The notes: generated by a model not told the origin, from the letters alone. DNA of 64,000 nucleotides from an uncultured Candidatus Saccharibacteria bacterium (GCA_964631145.1 CAZVXT010000001.1:553797-617796), one strand, 5' to 3'; positions 52,308-61,661 are shown, numbered from the stretch's first letter. Numbers and translations are program-made.

Positions 52308-54341
52308 ATGAACCAAACAGAAACACAAGTTGTAAAAATCCACTTAGGAGATAACAAACAAACTAGCAGTTTTATATATACTTTGGCTGATTCTATCGAA
52401 GAAACTGGTGTAGAAATATACCTAGTTTGTGAATTACCTTTATTTAACCCCGCAGCAAGCAATGATTGCCAAAAAATCGCAGAAGCTATCGCTGGCTCTC
52501 TTCGCCGTAGCTATTCTAAAGCAGGAAAGATTAACATATTTGAAAATGCACTTTCTGCAATCAATGAAGAATTAGGAAAATTAATTAACATAGGCAAAAC
52601 TCACTGGCTAGGAAAGCTTAATGCTATTGTAGCGGCAAAACAAAATGACATATTAAGCATTTCTTCTGTGGGAAAAGTGTCTTCCCTATTATACCGAGAT
52701 AACGAATTTGTCTCTGTATCAGAAAGCACAAATTCTACACAACACTTAAAAACATTTGAAAACTTCTCTGAAGGTAAATTAAGACTAGGAGATATTTTAG
52801 TTCTATCCACATCTCAACTATTTAATCACATTTCTGCAGATAGAATTAAAAAACTACTTTCAAAAAGCGATCTACCAACTGTTGCCGATACAGTTATAAA
52901 TTTGCTTCAAGATGAACTTGGACCAGATGTTGCCTGTGCCACTATTTTTGCGGCTCAAGTTGAAGCTGGATCCATAGTTGATGAAGAGGTGGAATTGCAG
53001 CAATATTTAGACAATCAAAAAATTGAAGCACCGTCTACGATGTCTCAGGTAAAGCAACTGGTGCCTACAAAAACATGGGAATCTCTTGGTACTGCAAAAA
53101 AAATATCTCAAAATATATGGCAAGATGTTTATAAAAAATATCTAAAGCCAAGCTATTGGAAAAGTTTAGTAAACAATAGCGGCAAAACTTTGCAGGTTGT
53201 TCAAAATAGACTGTCCAGCACAGCTAGCAAAGTTAAACCATCAACAGTTTCTAACAATATCAGCAACTATAGCAAACAGAAAAAAATATTTTTTGCTTCT
53301 GCATTAATATTACTTATTGTTTTAGGCGCAAATATTACAATTAACAAAATTAAGTCTAACAAAAATAATACAATTGCGGCTTATGATTCTCAAATTTCTA
53401 ATATAGAAAAGCTAATTAATGACAGCAATGCGGCACTATTATACGATAATCAATCTCAAGCCGGCGATTTATATAACCAGATCAAAGATTTGTTAAATTT
53501 ACCTGAAGATAAGTTATCTAGCGAACAGCTGAGTAAATATCAATCGTTAAAATCCCAAGCAGACGAACTTAACAAAAAAATTACCAAAACAGATAGTGTG
53601 GATGTTTCGGAGATCGGTAGCTTAAGCAATAGCAATAACTTAATAAACTTAAGTAATTATCTAGCAACGGAAACCAACCGTACAATAGTTAGCTACAATA
53701 AAACCACAAAGAAGATAGAAGACAATACTTTAAAGTTAAGCGAAAGTGTAGTGGCTAGCGTCGCCTTGCAAAACAATCTGGCAGCAGTTTATACAGGTAA
53801 TGATATAGTTTTGTGGTCGCCTTCTGATGGAATTATTAAAGGTAGGTTTAGCGATAACTTACCATCAAAAAATGATTTCGGTGGAATCACAACATATAGC
53901 ACTAATAATAAAGTCTATTTTATAGACAAAAATTCAGGTGAAGTAAAAAGCTTAGCCCCTTCATCAACTGGTTTTTCTAATTTAACAACCTCCTTTAGCG
54001 ACCCAAGATTAAAATCTGCAAATAGTATTGCCATCGATAGTAATATTTACTTTATTTCTGGCGGAAAGGTAATTAAATTTAATTCAGGTAAAGAACAAAC
54101 CTTTAATGCTGCGGTTTCTAATCTACCGGACAGTGCAAAGATTTACACTTCTGTTGGAGCACAAAGAATTTATATCCTAAATCCACAAAGCAAGCAGTTG
54201 ACCATTCTTAACAAGGATGGAACCCTAGTTAAAAGCATCTCTAGCGACAAGTTTAGCGACCTAAAAGACTTTGCGATAGATGAAAAAAATAACACAGCTT
54301 ATATATTAAGCGGCACAAGTTTGTTAAAAGTATCATTATAA
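52308..54341 (+). CDS. hypothetical membrane protein (PP2C-like N-terminus, TM, beta-propeller-like C-terminus)
   Basis: FENAL..INE, GD.L.L.T; central TM; AID.NIY-type repeats. Confidence 0.7.
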   Translation: MNQTETQVVKIHLGDNKQTSSFIYTLADSIEETGVEIYLVCELPLFNPAASNDCQKIAEAIAGSLRRSYSKAGKINIFENALSAINEELGKLINIGKTHWLGKLNAIVAAKQNDILSISSVGKVSSLLYRDNEFVSVSESTNSTQHLKTFENFSEGKLRLGDILVLSTSQLFNHISADRIKKLLSKSDLPTVADTVINLLQDELGPDVACATIFAAQVEAGSIVDEEVELQQYLDNQKIEAPSTMSQVKQLVPTKTWESLGTAKKISQNIWQDVYKKYLKPSYWKSLVNNSGKTLQVVQNRLSSTASKVKPSTVSNNISNYSKQKKIFFASALILLIVLGANITINKIKSNKNNTIAAYDSQISNIEKLINDSNAALLYDNQSQAGDLYNQIKDLLNLPEDKLSSEQLSKYQSLKSQADELNKKITKTDSVDVSEIGSLSNSNNLINLSNYLATETNRTIVSYNKTTKKIEDNTLKLSESVVASVALQNNLAAVYTGNDIVLWSPSDGIIKGRFSDNLPSKNDFGGITTYSTNNKVYFIDKNSGEVKSLAPSSTGFSNLTTSFSDPRLKSANSIAIDSNIYFISGGKVIKFNSGKEQTFNAAVSNLPDSAKIYTSVGAQRIYILNPQSKQLTILNKDGTLVKSISSDKFSDLKDFAIDEKNNTAYILSGTSLLKVSL

Positions 54342-54407
54342 AATAAAACCCAGCCTTGACTCGGGCTTTATTTTATGGTAATTTTATAAAAATTTCAGGA
54401 GGCATTT

Positions 54408-55001
54408 ATGAGAGAACAACCGCATACAGATATTACTGATGTAATGCTAGTTAATGGATATAAGACATTAAAAGCAATGCTATTATTTAATTATTTTACT
54501 GTTGGGCAAGTGTGCGAACATGCACAAGTTACCAGTGACTTTGTTAATCTTGTAATACAAGATTTTTCATTAGCTCAATATTTTCAACACTACGAAGAAA
54601 ATGATAATCCACTTGATTCGGAATATGTATTATCAAGTCAGGGCTGGAATGAAATATTTCAAATATCTGAAAATATGTATAACAACCAAATTTTAGTGCA
54701 TAGCACTTTAAATAGATTAGTAACTAAAGGCTTAATAAATGTTTATCCAGCCAACGATGAAACAATCATTGAAAGCCTAAAAATGACAGAAATTACTTTA
54801 GATGAATGTTTCAAATCTGATAAAAAATCGGTTAAAGAATTTAAATTAAGTGTTGCTAAATTTTATCTTGATTCATTAATCAATCATACAAAAGGTATTC
54901 AGGTTCTTGAACCTGAAAAACCAGATGTTCAAGAACTGGCAAAAAAAGTGAATCAGTGTATAAAAAAATTTCAAGAATATTCTGAAACATTAGCACAATA
55001 A
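54408..55001 (+). CDS. hypothetical protein (solo unit)
   Basis: TTGACT at 54356, AGGAGG SD, terminator ~55002-55030. Confidence 0.7.
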   Translation: MREQPHTDITDVMLVNGYKTLKAMLLFNYFTVGQVCEHAQVTSDFVNLVIQDFSLAQYFQHYEENDNPLDSEYVLSSQGWNEIFQISENMYNNQILVHSTLNRLVTKGLINVYPANDETIIESLKMTEITLDECFKSDKKSVKEFKLSVAKFYLDSLINHTKGIQVLEPEKPDVQELAKKVNQCIKKFQEYSETLAQ

Positions 55002-55034
55002 AAATAGACCTCTACATGTAGAGGTCTTTTATTT

Positions 55035-55448
55035 TCAACATTCTGATAACATTGTCGAAATTTTTAGGTCTTTTATAATTCTATCAAAATCTATACCAAA
55101 AACAATTGAACTTATATCTTCCGCATCGCTTGTGCTTTTATTTTTAGCATACTCATAGCTAACTTTTTGTTTCCACCCACACGCACAATCCCATACAAAT
55201 TCGAAATCATAAATTGTTATGATTTTAAATTTATTACTTGGCAATAAAATATATTTATCAGCAAAAATAATTCTTTTTTCTCTAAAGTCATAAGGTAAAA
55301 ACAAGGCTTCTTCTTCAGTCAAAAAATCAGCGTTCTCTGCCATATAAATTTTTCCGCAAACACACTCTGCATCTTCTACCATAGAAGACAAAAAATCAAA
55401 CTCTTCCAAAACTTCTTTAATTTCTTCAAATGTTAAATTTTGAATCAT
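55035..55448 (-). CDS. hypothetical protein with two CxCG motifs (solo unit)
   Basis: CVCG and CACG; GGGGG SD. Confidence 0.65.
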   Translation of the reverse strand: MIQNLTFEEIKEVLEEFDFLSSMVEDAECVCGKIYMAENADFLTEEEALFLPYDFREKRIIFADKYILLPSNKFKIITIYDFEFVWDCACGWKQKVSYEYAKNKSTSDAEDISSIVFGIDFDRIIKDLKISTMLSEC

Positions 55449-55564
55449 TATTAATATCCCCCGTTTTATATTTTGAATAAATAATACAGCAACTGTGCAG
55501 CCATGTAAAGCTTGACGCTAGACATAGTTAAACCTATAATACTTAAAAAATACGGAGGAGATTT

Positions 55565-56155
55565 ATGAACATAGAGAAGGTTTTTACATATGATACTTTG
55601 CAAGTTGATTTATATACGGTTCTACATATATCTCTAGGTATGAAAAAAGTTTCAACAGGATTGATATATGAGATAACCACTATACATATGCCAAGAATTG
55701 CCGGACTACTTAATCCGTTTCAAGATTATTTTGAGCCCAATTTTTGCTTTAATGAATTTAGGTTTATTGAAAGAACTATCACAAATCCACGAGTGATGGA
55801 AATAGCTCGAAATAACATATGGAATGATCACATATCACGTCCTAGAATTTTTAGACGTTTGATTAGGCAAAAGTTATGGATGAGCTTAGAGCAAAGTGAA
55901 GACAGATATAAGCAAGCGTGCTTAGCATTAAATGAACTAATTTCAAAAGTAGAAAATTCTGAAAAAAGCCAGCAATTAATAGCTCAAAATATTTTCTCAC
56001 TAATAAGCAGTAAAATTAAATTCCTAGAAGACATTGAAGCCGAGTTTAAAATTCTCTACAAAGATGCCATGCAAAACCCTCAATCTAAGCATTATAAAGA
56101 CTGGTGTAATAAAGTAATTTTTCAAAGAAAAATAAATATAATTACACCATTTTAG
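55565..56155 (+). CDS. hypothetical protein (solo unit)
   Basis: TTGACG-N17-TATAAT at 55512, GGAGG SD, terminator ~56163-56192. Confidence 0.7.
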   Translation: MNIEKVFTYDTLQVDLYTVLHISLGMKKVSTGLIYEITTIHMPRIAGLLNPFQDYFEPNFCFNEFRFIERTITNPRVMEIARNNIWNDHISRPRIFRRLIRQKLWMSLEQSEDRYKQACLALNELISKVENSEKSQQLIAQNIFSLISSKIKFLEDIEAEFKILYKDAMQNPQSKHYKDWCNKVIFQRKINIITPF

Positions 56156-56203
56156 AATAATAAAAAAACTCCCAATTAAGGGAGTCTTTTTTATTTGAAA
56201 CTA

Positions 56204-56608
56204 TTATTTCAAGTTTACAGTAGCACCAGCTTCTTCTAATTTCTTTTTCAATTCTTCAGCTTCAGCTTTTGGAGCACCTTCTTTAACTACTTGAGGAGCG
56301 CCATCTACCATGTCTTTAGCTTCTTTTAAGCCTAGACCAGTAACTTCACGTACTACTTTAATAACATTGATTTTGTTATCACCAGCAGATACTAATTCAA
56401 CGTTAAATTCGTCTTTTTCTTCTGCTGCTGCAGCGCCTGCACCCGCAGGCATAGCACCCATCATCATAGGAGCTGCTGCTGACACACCAAATTTATCTTC
56501 TAGAACTTTTACTAATTCAGAAAGTTCTAATACAGACAATTTTTCTATTTGACCTACTAAGTCTGCAAATTTTGCAGGAACTTCTACAGTCTTGTTTTCT
56601 TCTGACAT
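56204..56608 (-). CDS. rplL: 50S ribosomal protein L7/L12
   Basis: [29 protein letters not shown]. Confidence 0.98.
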   Translation of the reverse strand: MSEENKTVEVPAKFADLVGQIEKLSVLELSELVKVLEDKFGVSAAAPMMMGAMPAGAGAAAAEEKDEFNVELVSAGDNKINVIKVVREVTGLGLKEAKDMVDGAPQVVKEGAPKAEAEELKKKLEEAGATVNLK

Positions 56609-56632
56609 TATTATATAAATTAATTAATAAAA

Positions 56633-57148
56633 TTATTTTTGAGCAACGGCATTAAGCACATTGATCAAACCACGAATGTTTCCAGCAAGAACATTTACGA
56701 AGCCAGAAACAGGAGCATTGATTGTACCAACGAGTTTTGCTCGTAGTTCGTCTTTGCTTGGAAGATCAGCCAAAGCCATCATCTGTGTACTATCTGCAAA
56801 TTTACCATCAACAACACCGCTCAAAATATTAATAGTTTTAATATCTTTGGAGATGTTTTTGATTATACGTGCAGGAGCTACCTCGTCTTGCTCTGAAACA
56901 GATAAAATCACAGGTAATTTATAATCTAATTCAGAAACTTGAATACCTTTTGCTTCAAAAGCTTTTTTGATCAAAGGAATTTTATAAACTTTTGCCTTTA
57001 CCCCTTCGCTACCCAAAGCACGACGAAGCTTATCCATTTCGACTACTGTAGTACCCCGGTATTCCGCTAACACTATAGATTTTGCAGATTCCAAACGAGA
57101 TGTTAACTCTTGGAAGTCTTGTTCTTTTTGTTGTCTTGTTTTTGCCAT
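56633..57148 (-). CDS. rplJ: 50S ribosomal protein L10
   Basis: KTRQQK, YRG.TV, LA.LPSKDELRAKL. Confidence 0.96.
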   Translation of the reverse strand: MAKTRQQKEQDFQELTSRLESAKSIVLAEYRGTTVVEMDKLRRALGSEGVKAKVYKIPLIKKAFEAKGIQVSELDYKLPVILSVSEQDEVAPARIIKNISKDIKTINILSGVVDGKFADSTQMMALADLPSKDELRAKLVGTINAPVSGFVNVLAGNIRGLINVLNAVAQK

Positions 57149-57212
57149 ATATTTCTTTCACTCTATAAAATACAGAGTATAATATCCGACCTTTTAACTG
57201 CATATCCGAAAA

Positions 57213-57345
57213 TAAAAAACTCGGTTTCCCGAGCCAAATTATAATTACACTTTCTTTAAAAGGTGTAAAATATAATGTTCCTCGGTGGGCTTCTAACAAA
57301 TTTGATAGAATTTAAAGCCGTTTGGCCACCAACTGTCTTTGGATA
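57213..57345 (-). promoter_or_regulatory. L10 leader with attenuator terminator
   Basis: CCAAAGACAGTTGGTG...TTAAAT...CCCACCGAGG, then hairpin CTCGG-GAAA-CCGAG and a U-tract upstream of rplJ. Confidence 0.8.
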
Positions 57346-57430
57346 TTTAGTTAATAGTATTATACTACATTGACTAAATTTGTCAAAACTGCTAAATTAG
57401 CAAAAGATTTATTAGGGGGTATCTATACAT

Positions 57431-57763
57431 ATGGAAGGTGAAATACTGCTCCAACCTGAAGGCTCTGGGGTGCAATTAACTACTAGAAATTTATTTTTTA
57501 GTGCAGACTACATAATTAAAGGTTTTTGCTTTGAAAACCAAGACCATCACATGATTCTATGCTTTTTAAGCAAACTTGCTGGGAGAAAAGCTATAAAAAA
57601 ATTATTAGAACATGGGGTGATTAACGAATCTTTTGCTATAAAATTTGAAGAATATATTAAAAATTCAAATATTTCTGAATCTGAAAATGTTTATGATGAT
57701 ATACCATTTTATTGGGATAAAAAAAATTTAGTCCCCGAACAAAGATCAGAGTCTGTGCATTAA
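57431..57763 (+). CDS. hypothetical protein (solo unit)
   Basis: TTGACT at 57370, AGGGGG SD, terminator ~57778-57802. Confidence 0.65.
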   Translation: MEGEILLQPEGSGVQLTTRNLFFSADYIIKGFCFENQDHHMILCFLSKLAGRKAIKKLLEHGVINESFAIKFEEYIKNSNISESENVYDDIPFYWDKKNLVPEQRSESVH

Positions 57764-57815
57764 AATTATAAAAATTTAAAAGCGACGAAATTTCGTCGCT
57801 TTATTTTTATAACAA

Positions 57816-58295
57816 TTATTTACCCACCCAAGGATTACCATCATCGACACCACTATAAACACCAGAGGCTTTATTATTACGATCTATAACTTCTTGCTTT
57901 GCTTGCTTTGCGATTCTTTCCATATCCTCATAATCTAAAACTGGAAAATTACTCATTTTTTGAGCTGCCTCCCAAGCCAGGTTGAAGCCAACTTTCCAAT
58001 CTGGATTGTTTTGAGTAAAGCTCTCTTCTTTTAAAGCTTCTATTAAATCTTCTTTTACTCGCTCTATTCTATCTTCGGATACCTCATTATGATTTTGAGA
58101 AAGTGAGGATCTAAGTGCTTCGGAGTTTATAGCTAAAGCTGGGTTGATATCTTTTGCTGCTTGAGCGTAGTTATCTACTGCTTCTTTAGACCAAGCCTCG
58201 GACATTTCCTTTTCTTCTACTGTTCCCTCTTGACTCATTTGGTGCAAGTCTTCTATATCTGATCTTGCCCCATTAAATTTATCGAATTCACTCAT
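57816..58295 (-). CDS. acidic hypothetical protein
   Basis: 159-aa ORF with plausible composition. Confidence 0.65.
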   Translation of the reverse strand: MSEFDKFNGARSDIEDLHQMSQEGTVEEKEMSEAWSKEAVDNYAQAAKDINPALAINSEALRSSLSQNHNEVSEDRIERVKEDLIEALKEESFTQNNPDWKVGFNLAWEAAQKMSNFPVLDYEDMERIAKQAKQEVIDRNNKASGVYSGVDDGNPWVGK

Positions 58296-58394
58296 AATTT
58301 ATATATTAATTACTTTTATTATAACTTTTTTATAAAAATGGTTTTCCACAGCTTAATTAAAAAGAGCAATATTCCTATTGCTCTATTTTGGACT

Positions 58395-58679
58395 TCAAAG
58401 ATCAAGGCTTTGAAAGTCATGATTTGGTTTTGTGCTTTGCCACAAGATTGTGATCAAAGCCGCAACGCTCAACAACCCGAAAAGGATCAAAGTCAAAACT
58501 CCGGCTTGAGTTGCAAATTCTTCACCAAATCTTTGCATTGCGAGCAATGTCATAATGTCTTGAATTGGCGATGGAATTGTTTGTCCAGGACCAGCAATGA
58601 TGTGCTGAATCCATGCCACCAGAAAATTGGCAGCAAACAATGCAATGCTCAAAATTTTCCAATCAAAAATTTCTTTCAT
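58395..58679 (-). CDS. small membrane protein, last gene of the island
   Basis: AGGAGG SD, two TMs, terminator ~58360-58390. Confidence 0.65.
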   Translation of the reverse strand: MKEIFDWKILSIALFAANFLVAWIQHIIAGPGQTIPSPIQDIMTLLAMQRFGEEFATQAGVLTLILFGLLSVAALITILWQSTKPNHDFQSLDL

Positions 58680-58749
58680 TTTAACCTCCTATTTAAAAAT
58701 TTTAATACGATAATAAAGTTTAGGCAAATAAATTAACAGGTAATTTAAT

Positions 58750-58962
58750 TTACCATCTCTGACGACCAACTTTTCGTTGTTCGCGAAATTTTAATGTTTT
58801 ATTTTTATCATGAACCCGTCGCTCTCGACGCTTTTGCCTAGATTCGTTTTTAGATGCAACTGCATCAAAATTTGGATCCAAAGCTTTTATTTCGTTAGAG
58901 ACAGATAGCATCATATGTTCGCACCAGCCCTTGCTGATTAAGCTTTTTCTTATTTTTTTCAT
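58750..58962 (-). CDS. small basic protein
   Basis: Arg/Lys-rich C-terminus; start uncertain because it abuts the tRNA-like gene. Confidence 0.5.
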   Translation of the reverse strand: MKKIRKSLISKGWCEHMMLSVSNEIKALDPNFDAVASKNESRQKRRERRVHDKNKTLKFREQRKVGRQRW

Positions 58963-58963
58963 A

Positions 58964-59035
58964 AGGCACTAACAGGAATTGAACCTGTTATTCTAGATTA
59001 CTAGTCTAGCATATGTCCATTTGTACTTTAGCGCC
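58964..59035 (-). tRNA. atypical tRNA with AGT anticodon (Thr-like)
   Basis: GGCGCTA/TAGTGCC acceptor, CTAGA-CTAGTAA-TCTAG anticodon arm, ACAGG-TTCAATT-CCTGT T arm; A8, no encoded CCA. Confidence 0.75.
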
Positions 59036-59192
59036 AATATTCAATTTTGGAAGCACTACTTTTTGTAATACTCTCAAAAAAGAAGTGGTGTTGTATGCAG
59101 TTCTAAAATCTTTTCTCTAATTTTAGATCCATACCGGCACCACAGCCGAACTTGTTTTGGGACTTACACCCCCGGATCAGTTTCCGGATGCA

Positions 59193-59546
59193 TTACCAAC
59201 ATCTCGTATAAAACACAGTGTTGGTTGCCGTTGGTTGCTCGAAAGACATTTTGCTTTCCCACCACGAACCAAACGCCTTGCAGTAGCCAAGTTTTTTGAG
59301 ACGCTTATCACGCTCAGCAACTACAGCTTCTGATCTACGCTTGGCAGTGGTATAAAGCTTACCTTCCGAGTCCGTGCACTCACCGTTAGAATCAAATCTA
59401 CCAGGTGCAGGGCAATCTTCAACTCCGCTGCGAAACTCCTCCCACAAATCAGCCACTGCTTTTTGGGCAGCAAAATGATTTGCAAAAGTATTTCCAACGA
59501 CAACAATAGCGGCAAAAACAACGATAACAGCAATAATAGTTTTCAT
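59193..59546 (-). CDS. secreted/membrane-anchored small Cys-containing protein
   Basis: N-terminal signal-like segment; AAGAGG SD. Confidence 0.65.
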   Translation of the reverse strand: MKTIIAVIVVFAAIVVVGNTFANHFAAQKAVADLWEEFRSGVEDCPAPGRFDSNGECTDSEGKLYTTAKRRSEAVVAERDKRLKKLGYCKAFGSWWESKMSFEQPTATNTVFYTRCW

Positions 59547-59586
59547 AATTTTATTTTCCTCTTTTTTATTTTTTATTTTAGACCAA

Positions 59587-59742
59587 TGGAGATGGCGGGA
59601 ATCGAACCCGCATCCAAGAATTTTAATACCTATTTATGCAGATTCAACTAAGTTTGCAGTCCTTAGTAACGCAAGTCCTTCTCGTGGTTGGTTATCCTTA
59701 CTTTCTACCCGGCTAAAATCCCTGTCGAAGCCTGTCACCCCC
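59587..59742 (-). ncRNA. miniature tmRNA-like RNA (156 nt)
   Basis: 5' GGGGGTGACAGGCTTCGAC; 3' GGATGCGGGTTCGATTCCCGCCATCTCCA; G3-U70; P2 AGGGATTTTA/TAAAATTCTT; tag frame GCA AAC TTA GTT GAA TCT GCA TAA at 59657-59634. Confidence 0.85.
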
Positions 59743-59826
59743 TTACCAATTTCCGAAATTTCTTTATAAAGCAATTCCGAAAAAAAGTGCGAAGCTAAAC
59801 AGCTTCGCAAGATATTAACCGTGATG

Positions 59827-60525
59827 TTAATACCTGATTCTAAACTCTGCCCTTAAACCTAAGATTTGATTGAGATAATCTAAAGGTTCTACATCTACTG
59901 GCTTATCATAGACCAGCACAAACTGATCACTACGAACCATGGATGCTGGCTTGTTTTTTACCACAGCCATCATCCCTTTTTGCCTCTGACGACAAACACT
60001 ACAATCCCCATAACATCCATAAACTACAGTCATCACCATGTCATCAAGCACAGCAATCTGTCTAGAATTTTCCCATCCTGGGACAGTGATTAACCCAATC
60101 ACATTCCAGTCTTTTGAGTATGCCGCTGTTTGCAAGGAAATTTGCTTATCCCAAGCCTTCCTTTCAAGTTTTAGATTATACATTTCCCGTTTAAAATTAA
60201 TATTACGGACCAAAGATTGCAATGCCAGTTCTTCACTTCTACCAATTCCTCTACTTTGTTCAAACTCCAAACACTTTGCTAAATAAATTTTTCCCGAAGG
60301 CAAATCGTGAGTATTATAAGTAACAGTTAATTCTTCTGCACTATAAAGTCTATCTGGCATATCAGCAAAATATTCAGCATCTATAAATTCTTCAACTTTA
60401 TTTTGTAAATCTTTTTGAGCGTCTTCAATATTTTTACCTAATCCAAAAACGGTTGGAAACTGTTTGCATGTAGAGATAAATCCTTCTGAGGTTTTGGTGT
60501 TTCTTACGGTTCAAATTGTTTTCAT
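59827..60525 (-). CDS. tandem HicB-like domain protein with in-frame TGA at codon 5 (readthrough or pseudogene)
   Basis: GGAGG-ATG at 60525, MKTI*TVR..., in frame with track ORF 59827-60360; two C..F...G.G...E.A...L repeats. Confidence 0.6.
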
Positions 60526-60547
60526 AATGCCTCCAAAAATTTGTAAT

Positions 60548-60590
60548 TTTTATTTTTCCAAACAAACGAATATTCACTTGCTGGGAAAAA
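60548..60590 (-). repeat. hairpin repeat, copy 1
   Basis: 35-bp identity (TTTTATTTTTCCAAACAAACGAATATTCACTTGCT) with 61906-61940. Confidence 0.9.
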
Positions 60591-60620
60591 TTCCCAAAGT
60601 CACGTGCTTTGGGTTAATGA

Positions 60621-60962
60621 CTAATCATCATAGTCATAGTTTAAGTAAGTGTAATTTTCATCGCAATCCGAGACAGGAAAACCAAAATCTCTTAACTTTT
60701 GCTCATCCATTATTGGATAATCAAAAAGTTCAGCAATTGGAAATATCCTTGGGGTTACTACGTCCATCTCTTGCACATGTAATAACTCTTGATGAGAAGT
60801 GCTGGTGCAATAACAACCACACTTTTCTGTATCATCCCAAGTTAGATTATCAGCAACAAAGCTAACAATCGACTTTCTAATAGATTCCAGACTTTCATCT
60901 GGAGCTTCGACAGTATGATAGTTATTTTGACCATACTCCTTTAATACAATCATTAGTTTCAT
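60621..60962 (-). CDS. acidic hypothetical protein with CGCYC..H motif
   Basis: AGGAGG SD before MKLMIV. Confidence 0.65.
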   Translation of the reverse strand: MKLMIVLKEYGQNNYHTVEAPDESLESIRKSIVSFVADNLTWDDTEKCGCYCTSTSHQELLHVQEMDVVTPRIFPIAELFDYPIMDEQKLRDFGFPVSDCDENYTYLNYDYDD

Positions 60963-61122
60963 AGCCCTCCTATATAACTTTTTTCTGTTACTTGCTAATT
61001 CGCCGGTCAGCATATAAATTAGTCAAGTGTCCTAAAAGTTTTTTCCCTCTTTTTTAATCGACGTAAACACATCGACTAAAAAAGAGGTGCGAAGTTTTTT
61101 AGGCTTCGCATAAGTTTTCAAG

Positions 61123-61332
61123 TTAATAGAATTTCTTATCTTTAAAAGTGTTTATACTGCCGCCCCAATCGTCCTTTAACCATCCAATATACATACCGAG
61201 CTTAATAGCATCTGCTGTAGATATTGAATCAGGGACTTGGATATGATAACCACCTTTATTAAACGAAATATCTCCTTTAACTTTTAATGTTAAATCTACG
61301 AGTCGGGATAATGCCCAGTCAGGATTAAACAT
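61123..61332 (-). CDS. small hypothetical protein
   Basis: GGAGG SD before MFNPDW. Confidence 0.6.
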   Translation of the reverse strand: MFNPDWALSRLVDLTLKVKGDISFNKGGYHIQVPDSISTADAIKLGMYIGWLKDDWGGSINTFKDKKFY

Positions 61333-61469
61333 AATACCTCCACTACTTTCTTCTGTCTCTCGCTTACACACCAAAAGGCATTATGCAAGTCGAGTGTCCG
61401 GAAAGAACCTAATTACAAGTATAATTACTTGGACCATAGTTTAGTTTTGGTATTATGAACACCTTTTGT

Positions 61470-61661
61470 TTACTTATTGATTACTAATATAAACAACTCT
61501 CGTAAACAATATACTGCTACACCAACCATTAAAATCATAAATAAAGTTAGCATAATCATTTGTCCAGTATCGTGATTTGCTGCGGCTTCTTTGGAAGCTG
61601 TAGCTACAGCCACACACCCAACAGTTGAAATAATACACCCCAATATATAAAAAATCTTCAT
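61470..61661 (-). CDS. small two-TM protein
   Basis: GAGGAGG SD before MKIFY. Confidence 0.6.
   Translation of the reverse strand: MKIFYILGCIISTVGCVAVATASKEAAANHDTGQMIMLTLFMILMVGVAVYCLRELFILVINK

Noticed and set aside
375-57299. Numerous short antisense or nested ORFs in the track (e.g. 5632, 17124, 25421, 48599, 56310)
   Set aside because: They are shadows of well-supported genes, with no SD or recognisable motifs.
59150-59190. Hammerhead-like CTGA...stem...AAA with a GGG-TGTAAGT-CCC T-loop-like hairpin
   Set aside because: The CUGAnGA and GAAA cores are not intact; too short to call.
59587-59612. tmRNA 3' end as a mere attR/attL duplication from an integrated element
   Set aside because: The matching 5' end, P2 and tag frame are all present within 156 nt, which a simple att fragment would not have.
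60511-60513. Genome-wide TGA recoding (code 4 or 25)
   Set aside because: Long core genes contain no internal TGA, and TGA ends several genes (e.g. at 21200 and 37974 with ATGA overlaps).
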